Positions 36,544 through 47,645 are shown, counted from the first letter of the whole stretch. The stretch is 55,416 nucleotides of DNA, filler included, from Squatina squatina (GCA_031763465.1; 3 parts of 3 records of this genome joined end to end with filler, not necessarily neighbours in it); one strand, 5' to 3'. Numbers and translations are program-made. Notes: generated from the sequence alone by a model not told the origin.

Positions 36544-37236
36544 TTAATCCTCATCTTCCTCCTCTTCTCCCTCAACTGAGTCCAGCCCTGTCGCCTGTGC
36601 CAATTCATCTTCCACAAGGGAAGAATCTGCTGGTTTACTGGGGCTTCCCACAGGATCACTGTCATCTGAATTGGCTTCTCCTTCAATAAAACTGTTGTCC
36701 TCAGTTTTGCCATCTGTTTTATCCTCCTTATCATCACTTGAGCTCATTGTGCTCTGCAGTCCCGCCAGTGTAGTATGAGGAAAACCAGACAAGGTCATTC
36801 CCAGCCCAGGAGGAAGAAACATGGATGGGTAGAATAATCCAGGAGCCATAGTGGAAAGCAAGAATGGGTTGAAAGCAAGAGGGTTGTTGGATAGTCCAGT
36901 GGTTGCAGCAGCTGTGAAAGAGCTTGAACTTGCATTATTAGAATCAACTGCAGATTCAGCACTGTGTAGTTCCTTATCTTCATTTTCTTTATCATTTTCT
37001 TTATCATTTTCTGTCTTAGATGAAATGCCGCTTTCTGTTTCACTTGGACCCGATGTTGCTGAAGAAGTACTAGCTGTAGCAGTCAAGGGGTTGCTTAACA
37101 AGCCTCCAAGTCCAAACATATTGGGCAGCCCTGCCATGCTTGGAAGCATCAGTGGTAGTAAAGAAGCAGGGTTTTTTGCATCTCCTCCTGTAGGAGCTGT
37201 AGCCAGGCCTGATGGGAAGCCCATCAATCCAGCTAA
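36544..37236 (-). CDS. CHD7: Chromodomain helicase DNA-binding protein 7, terminal exon (5' part lies in the gap)
   Basis: Encodes LAGLMGFPSGLATAPTGGDAKNPASLLPLMLPSMAGLPNMFGLGGLL...NPLAFNPFLLSTMAPGLFYPSMFLPPGLG...SSLVEDELAQ and an acidic tail, matching the recalled human CHD7 C-terminus. TAA at 36544-36546. Confidence 0.96.
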   Translation of the reverse strand, partial: LAGLMGFPSGLATAPTGGDAKNPASLLPLMLPSMAGLPNMFGLGGLLSNPLTATASTSSATSGPSETESGISSKTENDKENDKENEDKELHSAESAVDSNNASSSSFTAAATTGLSNNPLAFNPFLLSTMAPGLFYPSMFLPPGLGMTLSGFPHTTLAGLQSTMSSSDDKEDKTDGKTEDNSFIEGEANSDDSDPVGSPSKPADSSLVEDELAQATGLDSVEGEEEEDED

Positions 37237-38024
37237 NNNNNNNNNNNNNNNNNNNNNNNNNNNNNNNNNNNNNNNNNNNNNNNNNNNNNNNNNNNNNNNN
37301 NNNNNNNNNNNNNNNNNNNNNNNNNNNNNNNNNNNNNNNNNNNNNNNNNNNNNNNNNNNNNNNNNNNNNNNNNNNNNNNNNNNNNNNNNNNNNNNNNNNN
37401 NNNNNNNNNNNNNNNNNNNNNNNNNNNNNNNNNNNNNNNNNNNNNNNNNNNNNNNNNNNNNNNNNNNNNNNNNNNNNNNNNNNNNNNNNNNNNNNNNNNN
37501 NNNNNNNNNNNNNNNNNNNNNNNNNNNNNNNNNNNNNNNNNNNNNNNNNNNNNNNNNNNNNNNNNNNNNNNNNNNNNNNNNNNNNNNNNNNNNNNNNNNN
37601 NNNNNNNNNNNNNNNNNNNNNNNNNNNNNNNNNNNNNNNNNNNNNNNNNNNNNNNNNNNNNNNNNNNNNNNNNNNNNNNNNNNNNNNNNNNNNNNNNNNN
37701 NNNNNNNNNNNNNNNNNNNNNNNNNNNNNNNNNNNNNNNNNNNNNNNNNNNNNNNNNNNNNNNNNNNNNNNNNNNNNNNNNNNNNNNNNNNNNNNNNNNN
37801 NNNNNNNNNNNNNNNNNNNNNNNNNNNNNNNNNNNNNNNNNNNNNNNNNNNNNNACTAAATAATTAACTTTGCTGAATGAACACTGAAACAAAACACCAT
37901 TCCCAAAGTCAAAAGACAATACATTTAGCATGGCCTGAGTGTTCTGCCTTATTCTATACAGATTCTCAAATACATTCATCTTATTTTGTTAAGACTGACT
38001 CATGACAAGAATAGCCACACTTAC

Positions 38025-38129
38025 AGACTGCTTAACAACATCAGCCCAATCAGGTGCAACAGCAAACTCAGGATTTTCTTCAAGCCATCTGGGCAGGTCT
38101 TTCATTGGTGGGGCCATGGCACCACCCAT
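38025..38129 (-). CDS. CHD7: CHD7 penultimate exon (second BRK domain, C-terminal part)
   Basis: tttgttag acceptor and gtaagt donor. The 105 bp encode [35 protein letters not shown], versus human ...APDWTDIVKQS. Confidence 0.97.
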
Positions 38130-38288
38130 CTAACAAATTTGAAAAAAGTGTATTAATGCCTTGGTTAGTGTATAACTTTGGTTTCTGATTTATTACCTAA
38201 AAATTGAATACACATATTCCTTATATATCTTACTTCATTGAAAAATGCTTCCTTTTGGGGAGTTTTCTAAGGAAATGCAATGCTTCCA

Positions 38289-38620
38289 GGGTTAGTTGTG
38301 GCTCAGTAGGTAGCACACTCGTCTGAGTCAGAAGGTTGTGGGTTCAAGTCCCACTCCAGGGACCTGAGCACGAAAAATCTAGGCTAACATTGCAGTGCAG
38401 TGCTGAGGGAGGCTGCACTGTCGGAGGTGCCATCTTTTGGATGAGACGTTAAACCAAGGCCCTGTCTGCTCTCTAAGGTGGATGTAAAAGATCCCATTGC
38501 ACTATTTTGAAGAGGAGCAGGGGAGTTATCCCCGGTGACCTGGCCAAAATTTATCCCTCAATCAACATAACAAGAACAGATTATGTGTTTGTGGAAGCTT
38601 GCTGTATGCAAATTGGCTGT
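38289..38620 (+). mobile_element. tRNA-derived DeuSINE (SacSINE1-like) in a CHD7 intron
   Basis: A-box tggctcagtagg (38299-38310), B-box ggttcaagtcc (38341-38351), then the Deu-domain-like ctgtcggaggtgcc.tctttt.gatgagacgttaaacc..aaagatccca. Confidence 0.85.
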
Positions 38621-38782
38621 CTTTTTGATTCAATGCTAACCTAATGTCCTGTTTGGCTGTTCATGTGGATGAAAACAATCTGATGGCACTGTTCCAAGAA
38701 CAGCAGGGCGCCCTCCCGATATCCTGCCAACATGTGTCATCATCCAACACGAGCAAAAAGGGAGTAACTGGTCATCGATCCC

Positions 38783-38882
38783 NNNNNNNNNNNNNNNNNN
38801 NNNNNNNNNNNNNNNNNNNNNNNNNNTTAATTAATTAANNNNNNNNNNNNNNNNNNNNNNNNNNNNNNNNNNNNNNNNNNNN
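38783..38882. other. Artificial scaffold linker N44-TTAATTAATTAA-N44
   Basis: Same structure as 14434-14533; linker at 38827-38838. Confidence 0.95.
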
Positions 38883-39559
38883 ATTGTCCATATGTTTTTT
38901 GCAAGATAAATTTAAAATGCCTACATGCACTTGTTTGATGCTAAAGGAGTGTGGTTACAATCGCCCTCCTGCTTGATTAGTTCTACTGCCTGTGATCCTA
39001 ATCAGTTATCAAGCAACTACAGTAGTTCGAACCACTGTGCCAAGGTTCAGCTCTCCTATTCAAGCCTGCTGCTTCCACCCCTTGTTAGAGTTTTGATTTG
39101 GTTTGTTGTGAAGTTTATTGTTCTGTGAAAATGGGATTTCTTTTCATTAACTTCCTCTTGTTTTATGCTATATTTGTCTTTGAACAATTCCTGCTCTAAC
39201 ACTGTTGAAGGCCAACTGATTAACCTAGATTAAAGACCACCATCAATTCGAAGGCAGAAAATTGTAAGGGTTCGCTGCATTAGAAATTATATTGGGTTGC
39301 TTGTTTCTTAATTCACACCTTTTCAATGATCTGTTAACATATTTATAACCTCAAAAATGGTTTGCAATCTTCTTGCTTTCAAACATCAGAATTAAAACCA
39401 TAAATGTATGTAGATTCAGAATGTAGAAGGTGATTACAAGGTCACCAGGTTAAGTTTCAGTAAATTGCTTTTCCAATCGTTAAAATATTAATAAAGAGAA
39501 AATGTAATTATCAAAATGAATTAAATTATACAACAGGGTAAATGTAATTAGCAACCATA

Positions 39560-39745
39560 GGGAAGATTTTATTAATCTGTCCTTCTAACACAGAGCTTTG
39601 CCTGTTGGGAGTGCATATTGGGAACTGGGGTGCAGAGGTCAGTGGGTCCCACAAGGTTTGCTTTGTGGAGCCCAGTAACCTCCTTGCCCGAATTTTTAAT
39701 ACATGCTCTTCATGCACTCGGAGCATGAATTGACAAAATCTACCC
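39560..39745. mobile_element. Palindromic MITE (~186 bp)
   Basis: Imperfect TIRs gggaagattttattaat / attgacaaaatctaccc and a central inverted repeat gaggtcagtgggtcccacaagg / ctttgtggagcccagtaacctc. Confidence 0.6.
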
Positions 39746-39951
39746 AATGGTTACTTGTTACATTTACCTTGTTAAATACTTCAATTTATTTGGATAATTA
39801 CATTGTGCTTTTCTCTGAATTAATCTTTCAATAACTTGAGATGCACCAAGCAATGATGGAACATTGGTCAATGCTGACAGTAACTCACACAGGGAACTCC
39901 TGATCTCAAGTGTTCCAACTTGGGCAATTGTGGAATGGAGGTTAGACACTT

Positions 39952-40099
39952 GGGGGCCAAAATTCCCCTATTTTCTCACCCCGTTAACGCCTCCGAGGGG
40001 CGCTAACGGGGTGAAAAGCAAAAGAATGGCGGTTTTAGCATCCATCCCGCCTCCCGGGAATTTCCCCGGGGGGTCCCAGAGGCACAAACTCCCAGGGAA
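39952..40099 (+). mobile_element. Harbinger-type transposon left arm
   Basis: ggggccaaaattcccc terminus; CpG-rich with a subterminal hairpin caccccgttaacgcc / ggcgctaacggggtg. Confidence 0.65.
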
Positions 40100-40200
40100 N
40101 NNNNNNNNNNNNNNNNNNNNNNNNNNNNNNNNNNNNNNNNNNNNNNNNNNNNNNNNNNNNNNNNNNNNNNNNNNNNNNNNNNNNNNNNNNNNNNNNNNNA

Positions 40201-40560
40201 ATTTTCCTGAACTGAAAGGGATCCCACTCCTTCAATGTGCAGCTGGTGTGCGAGCACGGGCCGTGCATCATGCAGGTCAGTGCCTGGTATCCTGGCTGTA
40301 GTCACAATTCTATCATTCTGTGGAAGACTTCTGTGCCACCTGTATTTGGCCGAGTCAAAGGCTGGTTACTGGGTGACAAGTGTTATCCGCTCATGACATG
40401 GCGCATGACTCCTGTCCGGAAACCACTCACATGAGCATAGCAAGTATACACTGACAGCCATGCTGCCATAAGGAGCAGAATAGAGACACCATCGGCGTCC
40501 ACAAGCAATGCTTCCGCTGCCTGGACCACTCTGGAGCAGTCCTGCAGTACTCAGCTGAGT
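40201..40560 (+). pseudogene. PIF/Harbinger (HARBI1-like) DDE transposase catalytic-domain relic
   Basis: Encodes FLN*KGSHSFNVQLVC..YPGCSHNSIIL..GWLLGDKCYPL..W.MTPVR.P..SH..RSRIE/TIG..KQCFRCLDHSGAVLQY, following the Harbinger NRKG, GD.GYP and RFRCL motifs. Contains in-frame stops and a frameshift. Confidence 0.92.
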
Positions 40561-40619
40561 ATAAAGATTTGTGCTAGTATAGAACCTGGCCATTTTGAGG
40601 GAACAGTCCTTGCCACCAC

Positions 40620-40880
40620 CTATCAGTTCCAGATTTCCACTACCCATTGTGTGAAGAAGTGCTTCCTGACATCACCCCTGAATGGCCTAGCTCTGATTTT
40701 AAGGTTATGCTCCCTTGTTCTGGATTTCCCACCAGAGGAAATAATTTTTCTCTCACCACCTCATCAAATTCTTTAATTATCTTAAACACTTCAATTAGAT
40801 CACCCCTAATCTTCTATATTCAAGGGAATACCAGCCTAGTCTATGCGACCTGTGCTCACAATTTACCCCTTTAGCCCTAG
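40620..40880 (-). mobile_element. CR1 LINE ORF2 C-terminal fragment
   Basis: Reverse complement of the same ORF2 region seen at 28920-29170. Confidence 0.8.
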
Positions 40881-42134
40881 CATCATCGATGGCATTATGG
40901 CTAAAGACACTTCCTAGTGTGTCACTATACCATACAGATCAGAATGTCCAAGGCTCAATCCTTAATCTGTCCTGATTTAGCTGATTTCAATGGGGGCCAC
41001 AGTTGGTGATGGTTAAAAATAAATCAACTGTGGCTCCCACTCCTAACTGTTGTCCAGTAAACCCTGCTGGAAAGTAAAAGTGCTGGATTTGCCCAATCCT
41101 ACCCAAAGAGGGTCAGAGCAATACTTCCATTTGCCACCCTGAACCCACCTCAAAGCTTTTTCCGTTTCCTTCTCAGGCCTAGCTCTGTAGGCAGAGTGGG
41201 CACCTGGCAGAATTTCCACCATCAAAAGGAGGTCCACTGCTGCAGAAGAGCAAAATGTAATGGTGCTGTAGTGGAACACACATTGCAGCACCAGAAAAAG
41301 CAGAAAAGATCTTCAAGGGATCAGGAAACTCTTGAAGATTTTGTAAACTTTTTGTTTTGAACTGAAGGCCTCGGAATGATCGAGACCGTTAGCAGGTTAA
41401 ATACCTAGGGTCATTATTGAGGAAGCATAGGCCACTACTAGGTCCTTCCACTAACCAACAACCTGGGGACTTGGCATCGCTACCTCTTGGCCTACTGCCA
41501 GCCTTTTCCTGGTGTTGGCAAAGACTGCAGTGGTAAGCAGGAAAATCAGCTTCCCTGCTGGCATTTACACATGGCAGGTGGCGAAGGGGCAGCCAGCAGC
41601 CTTCTTGGTGGGGGTGGAGGGGAGGAAAATTGAAGTCAGGCAGGGCTGAGGCGGTAGGGTTTGCCGCCTAATTTTCCCACTGTTTCCACTGGAGTTGGGG
41701 TAGAATAGTGGAGGAAAATCCAGTTCTTAAAGTTTGCATTCTTCATTACTTTTTTCAGAACTTATTTTAGTAGTTGAGTATTCCAGTAATATGGTATGTA
41801 AGTGTATTCATTACAGTTATATTTGTGTTTTGTTTCCCGTCACACTGGGCACAGGGAGACAGGAGATTCTGAGAACCTGCGGAGAGTCAAAGGGTTAATC
41901 TTCTAGGTTTTAAGGAGATTGACGCTGAAATGCTCTCTTGAAAGGGTTGATTCTTTGCAAAAGAAAAGTATCAAACACATAAGCAAGTTGTTGATAGCCC
42001 ACATATGGTTACCATGGTGATATTATCATAATAATATTTCATATCAATCTGCTCTTTATCAATGAATTCCAAATCACTAAACAATTTCCCACTCATTTCT
42101 GTACAATCCATCTTGCTCTACGTCAAACTCAAAC

Positions 42135-42440
42135 TGGCTGAGTAATACCAATTTGTTCTGGAGTGTTGCAGCCAGAAGGTCCCAGGTTCAATATTCAGTC
42201 TGCATTAAGTAAGCACATTTCAGCAGGGGCAGCTACAATTGGCCTCAGTGTCCTGAATTAAGCAAGGAGTGGGGTGGGGAATCAGCCAGGATTCCTGTTC
42301 CAGATTGCTATCCATTGATTCCTACTGGAAAGTATGTGTGTGTGTGTGTGTGTGTGTATGCATGCGTGCGTATGTGTGGACTTCAAATGAGGACAGAATG
42401 GAGTTGGTTACAATGACCCCACAGTTGCATACCCTACTGA
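42135..42440 (+). mobile_element. Old SINE family B with an expanded internal (TG)n
   Basis: ggtcccaggttcaat head, ctacaattggcctcag..aatcagccagg..ctggaaag(tg)n..gaggacag. Confidence 0.65.
42335..42357. repeat. (TG)11 microsatellite
   Basis: Directly visible in the sequence. Confidence 0.95.
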
Positions 42441-42899
42441 CATTCGGGGTGAATTTCCACTGAGGTTCTCCTGCTCACACGTTGCAATATCAGTGGTACA
42501 GCCTTGGAAACCCCTCACTGACTGAAATATGGGCACTCGTGGGAGGCACAGGTGCAACTGTATGCCAGCCCGGATCAACCTCCTTCAGCAACTGAGGAGC
42601 AAAATTGGTGGAGTGGGGGCAATCTAAAGCTCACTGAATACTGTCAATTTGTTTTGGGTTAAAGTTCATCAAATTAACTGAATTTAAGACCCTGCACCTT
42701 TGTCTCCTGACTCAGGTGTCAGATACTGTCTTTATGAATACATTCGCCTCTCAATATCCTTAACACTGAACTAGTCAGATTTGCAATATTTCTTTACAAT
42801 AAATCCATCACAATCTTTGACCTCCTTTTTGGCATCTATCTTTTCTTTGAGATTCTATTTATAGAACAGAAGGTGCTCGCACCTTATGCAATGGTCTAC

Positions 42900-43221
42900 C
42901 ATGTTCCTCTCCTGAAGGCACTGGCCTTTGCTGGACACGGATCCATGGACATTAACATTGGCTAGAAACTCACCTATTCTTCAAGTGCGGATCTAGGCAG
43001 TGAGTGTTGGCAGGATATTTGACAATGGGGGAATCGCTCTGCTCACCTGATATCCCTCCTCACACACTTTCCAGGAGTCCCTGTATATTGCCGGGAAGCA
43101 GGAATCCTGGCTGATTTTCTTTCCCCCACTGCACTAGTCCAGCAGCATGGATGCCAACTGTATGCCAGCTACCACCCTGGCTGAAAACAGCTAACTATTG
43201 AAGCTAGGACCTTCCTGGTCT
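42900..43221 (-). mobile_element. Old SINE family B
   Basis: Reverse complement of family B (ctcctgaaggc..cagtgagtgttggcagg..gcaggaatcctggctgattttc). Confidence 0.65.
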
Positions 43222-43321
43222 NNNNNNNNNNNNNNNNNNNNNNNNNNNNNNNNNNNNNNNNNNNNNNNNNNNNNNNNNNNNNNNNNNNNNNNNNNNNNNN
43301 NNNNNNNNNNNNNNNNNNNNN

Positions 43322-43847
43322 CCAGCTACGTGCTCCCCCTTCGTCCTGCCCGCAGGAATAATTGGTGGGCCCGAGTCTCCACCGCTGCTACCAGAGCCTC
43401 CAGAGCATCGTCGGTGAACCTTCGTTCTCTATGAAGGCCAGATGCAGCTGACATCATTTACCTGCAGCGCAACAAACGTCTCAGCACCAGAGACACACCT
43501 TCCTCCAAGACACCACCACAACCAACACCTCCAGATCCCAGACTGCCAGTGACCTGAGCAGCAGCTGAAGTAACTTTGCACATTACCTTTAGGGGCTGGA
43601 GTGGTCTGGAAACTGATTAACTCCCGACATTGAGTTCAATGAATTGGTGCAGTTGAGGCTGCTTCACCCGCTTCGCGCCACAGATGAGCTGATTGATGCC
43701 CCCATTGAGCCCCAGTAGCACCACCACTGAAAATCTTCCTTAAAGAGCCCAATACACCAATCTTTTTCATCAGCGTTAATACGGCGCTAAACTCAAACTA
43801 ATTTGGCTGCTAGCTCTACCAACATGGCGATATCCAATTGGGCACCC
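43322..43847 (-). mobile_element. Harbinger transposon arm carrying the start of a Myb/SANT-like accessory ORF
   Basis: Terminus ccaattgggcaccc at 43834-43847. The minus strand from the ATG at 43457 reads MMSAASGLHRERRFTDDALEALVAAVETRAHQLFLRAGRRGST*, resembling the RF(S/T)D..LE.LV..VE.R...LF start of Harbinger/NAIF1-type Myb/SANT domains. Confidence 0.75.
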
Positions 43848-44998
43848 ATGGGCTTCTTAAAAAATACATGTAAACAAATCCTGAGCTTTCTGTGAAATTA
43901 ATATTATTAAGGACACATGTAAATGAGATTGGTGTTTTATTATAAAGGGAGATAGAGCAGAATAGTTTTCTACATTTAATAGTGGGTAAGTAAGTTAAAA
44001 AAGTAACGGTATAATAATGTGAGCTTATAGAAAACCCATTAATCATCCAAACCTTACTTAACGCAAGAATCCATTTCAATCTGCACAACAGCATTTGTAA
44101 AAGACTGTGATCAAAGAAAGAAAGGAAAATCGATGTGTATTTCTCAGGTCAGAGTCAATAAGATTACTAATGGGTGAGCTGCTCCCCTTGTGCTTTGCTG
44201 GGTATCTGCACTGTCCAGCCCGCAATTGGGCCAAGCAGACCAGGAATCTCCCAGATCTGTACTGATCTCTGATGGGATACCTGGGCGTGGGGGAGTGCGG
44301 GGTGGGGGCGGAGGAGGCTACTATAGTCTTCAATACTATTAGTCTGGGGCTTCTGTGCCTGCTAAATCTTCTGTGACTCCTGCTGGGAAGTGAACAGCAG
44401 ATGAAGATAGCTTCTGGCTTGGCTGTAATGCCTATCATAGTTGAATATCTTCACTTTTCTCTGTGTGTTTGTCAAAGGCTTGATGTAATGATCTAAGCTG
44501 TTTTGAAATATGTCCTTGCGCTGCTCACATGTTACTCACATGTGGTGCAATGGTTATGTACACTGTATGTGAGTCTTGTAACTGGCAACTGACAATTTCC
44601 TGNNNNNNNNNNNNNNNNNNNNNNNNNNNNNNNNNNNNNNNNNNNNNNNNNNNNNNNNNNNNNNNNNNNNNNNNNNNNNNNNNNNNNNNNNNNNNNNNNN
44701 NNAGCTATGGCTCCAAGACAGGGAAAACAGTCTGAAGCCAAGATAAGACAACCAATTTCAAAATTTGCATGAGCTTCTGTCAAAACCCATTAGTGTAGCT
44801 GTACCAGGTCAGGCAATTCCTCTCCAGAAATGTGCCTTCAGGCTACAAGACAAGAGTAATTACGCACCAGAGAAAGCGGGGCTTTCTTATTTGAAGGATG
44901 TATTAATTCAAATTTGGTAAAGAAACTTAAATCTTTAAGAAAACACAGACACAGAGGCAAAAGTAGTGAGATGAATAGATTTATGAACAAAACACTAA

Positions 44999-45487
44999 AG
45001 ACGGCCAATTTGTTTTTTTATTGGGGGCGTTAAACTAGCGTTAAATCGGCGATAACGGCCTAACGCCGAATTTGGGCACTAAATTTACCGATGGGAAATT
45101 CGTCCCCCCTCAACGCTGGTGCTAAATGGACGTTACACCTCTAGCGCTGGAAACTCAGCGTCCAGTGCTAGATGCCGTCAATTACGTCATCAGTAGGCGC
45201 AATGTCAAAAATGGCCGCCCACTGACAAATTCGATCAGGCTGATGAACCTTAAAAATAGCGGTATTAATGCCCATTTTTTTGGGCATTGATACCCTCAAT
45301 CGTATGATTTGTAGTGCTATTAAGAGGTCTGGGGGTGGCCTGCATTCTGAGTTTGTATCTCTGCTTGCTGACACGGATATCGCGGGATTTGATACTTTAG
45401 CGGCTCACATAGAGACTCTGCCGACTTTTATTTGGAGTCTCATCACAATTTTTGACAGTGAAAAATTAGGGGTACTTGACATGGGTG
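44999..45487 (+). mobile_element. Second copy (inverted) of the 16117-17264 Harbinger family arm
   Basis: Aligns by eye with the reverse complement of ~16880-17264. Starts taa|agacggccaatt, with a TAA target-like flank. Confidence 0.85.
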
Positions 45488-46219
45488 NNNNNNNNNNNNN
45501 NNNNNNNNNNNNNNNNNNNNNNNNNNNNNNNNNNNNNNNNNNNNNNNNNNNNNNNNNNNNNNNNNNNNNNNNNNNNNNNNNNNNNNNCCTGTATCCACTA
45601 GACCAAGGGAACTGTCAGAATGTAGTTAATAAACTCGGAGTATACATTCAAACTATGATTGATCGTAGATGAGAATTCCCACTTGGCCCCATCAAATACT
45701 TCTCGGCCCTGAAGGGAGATTATCAAGGCTACTCAATATTTGTTGTGTCATTATAGTTGACATTGAAAAGACAGAGAATGTTAATGATTAATTGTCGGCC
45801 TTTAAAAGAGAAGATGACTATAAGGACAGCTGCAATCATAAATAAGTAATTACCCACACAGTTCCTATATAACAGTAAATAATCGTTTTATGTTCTAGCC
45901 TTGTTGCAAGACTGACCAATGGAAACCTGCAAGAAGTAAGAATTTGCATTTATATGGAGAGTCCTATCATGTCCGACACCCCAAAGTGCTTCCAATGAAT
46001 TACTTTGAAGTGAAGTCACTTTTGTTATATAAGCAAACATAGGTACAGAAGCAATGGGCTGACATCACCCAGGATAATCCCTTCAGACTGGCCTGGTGGA
46101 GTTTGTCCATTGTCCTCAAGCCTCTGATGAGTGTTTATCTCAACAACAGTCTGAAGCCACAGATCCCTGCATCCTGCACAACAGTTTTTGCTGCTATAGT
46201 TATCTTCAGTGCTCATGGG

Positions 46220-46435
46220 AGGGTAAAAATTCCCACTCCTCACTCTCGTCCTGCAACTCTCATTGAAAAGTGTTAATGTCGGATGAGGGCAGTATGGGGC
46301 TCAGGTTGACTACCCTGCGGACACTCGCTGTGCAGGCTGACATACGAAGAATGGCTACTCGGGCGAGGTATCAGAGGAATTGCCGGTAATTGCGGATCGC
46401 TCTCCTCACAAATATCAACACGTTCAGGAAAGAGG
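46220..46435 (+). mobile_element. Old SINE family B, 3' part
   Basis: ggatgagggcag..gacactcgctg..acatacgaagaatggctactcgggcgaggtatcagagg..ttcaggaaagagg. Confidence 0.6.
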
Positions 46436-46454
46436 AAATTTGAATTTATAGTTC

Positions 46455-46755
46455 ACCTTGTCACCTCATCAGGAGGTTTCCAAGTGCTTCACAACCAATG
46501 AATCAATTTACACACAGCTAGGTCCCACAAATAGCAAATGAGATGATTGGCTCGTCAATGGCCAGGAATTTTCTTGGAGCTGCTCCTGCTGCCGTACCGG
46601 AAGTGCAGCACGAACCACGGGGTTCCACTGTACTTCCGGCAACGTTACGCTGAAAGAGCGGGAGCAGGTTCGAGGGAATTCTTGGCCAACCTGTTTTCGG
46701 TGGTGTCGATTGAGGAAGGAGAGTTGACTGGGACACCAGAAGAATGTCCTGCTGT
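46455..46755 (-). mobile_element. DeuSINE fragment interrupted by a MITE
   Basis: ggtcccacaaatagcaaatgagatg...[MITE]...ctgtttt.ggtggtgtcgattgagg..gggacaccag is collinear with the 2867-3236 copy. Confidence 0.65.
46560..46687. mobile_element. 128-bp hairpin MITE (Harbinger-like)
   Basis: TIR ggccaggaatt / aattcttggcc, flanks aat/aac, and near end-to-end self-complementarity. Confidence 0.8.
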
Positions 46756-47645
46756 GGAGGGAAGAGAAATTGTGAGGAAAATATGACTTGGTATGTCTTG
46801 GATGTCTCAGTTTCAAAGAAATTGCTGCAGTGTACAGAATGTTCAGCAAGTATGTGCGTGCGCATACTAACCAAATATTGATTTATCCAAAGGCACATTT
46901 TCTTATAAAATTCAATAGGTTACCTGGAGCCTGGTCTGTCTGTGTCTCGGGATGCTGCTGCTATACTCCATTTAAAAAAAAACAACTCCTTCTGGTATCN
47001 NNNNNNNNNNNNNNNNNNNNNNNNNNNNNNNNNNNNNNNNNNNNNNNNNNNNNNNNNNNNNNNNNNNNNNNNNNNNNNNNNNNNNNNNNNNNNNNNNNNG
47101 AGTGGCCTACTCCTGCTCCTATTTTCTGTGTTTCTATGTTTCGCCTCTTCCAATTGGCTTCCTAGTGATTGCCTTCATAAAAAATGAAAACAATTTACTT
47201 AAGTCCAAATTTAATGATTGGGAATGGGTAATAGTCAGTGAGCTTGTAATGAGTGTGTAGAGCTGACGATGGATTGCGATACAAGCCTCTCCCTCACAGA
47301 GCAATCAATCACAGCAGCTACAGACATGAGCTTATTACCACTGCCCAGTCACTAGTTTATCTCCTTCAGGAGCTGCATCATCAGTCAAACCGGCCAATCA
47401 ATTTCATAATTTGTGTAGGTCACCCTTCATTTAACTTATAAATTGTCTCTTTGAAAATGGAGCAGGTGCAGTACCAGATTGGATGGGATCCTTCTTTTAA
47501 TGATAAAAGGAGAAGGAGGCCATTTTTTCTGTGTAATTACTGATCTGTTAATGTCAGCCACACATTCAGAGGTGGTGGATGGGAAAATTGTGCCTGATCC
47601 TGTCCTCGCCTGTGAATTTATCAGCAATACAAGGGGTTTACTCAC

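Noticed and set aside
36851-37867. 338-aa plus-strand ORF
   Set aside because: Antisense shadow of the CHD7 last exon, extended through a 618-N gap.
38289-38360. tRNA gene
   Set aside because: It continues directly into the DeuSINE body, so it is the SINE's tRNA-derived head.
40201-40560. Domesticated HARBI1 gene
   Set aside because: In-frame stops, a frameshift, altered conserved motifs and a nearby TIR arm indicate a dead transposon copy.
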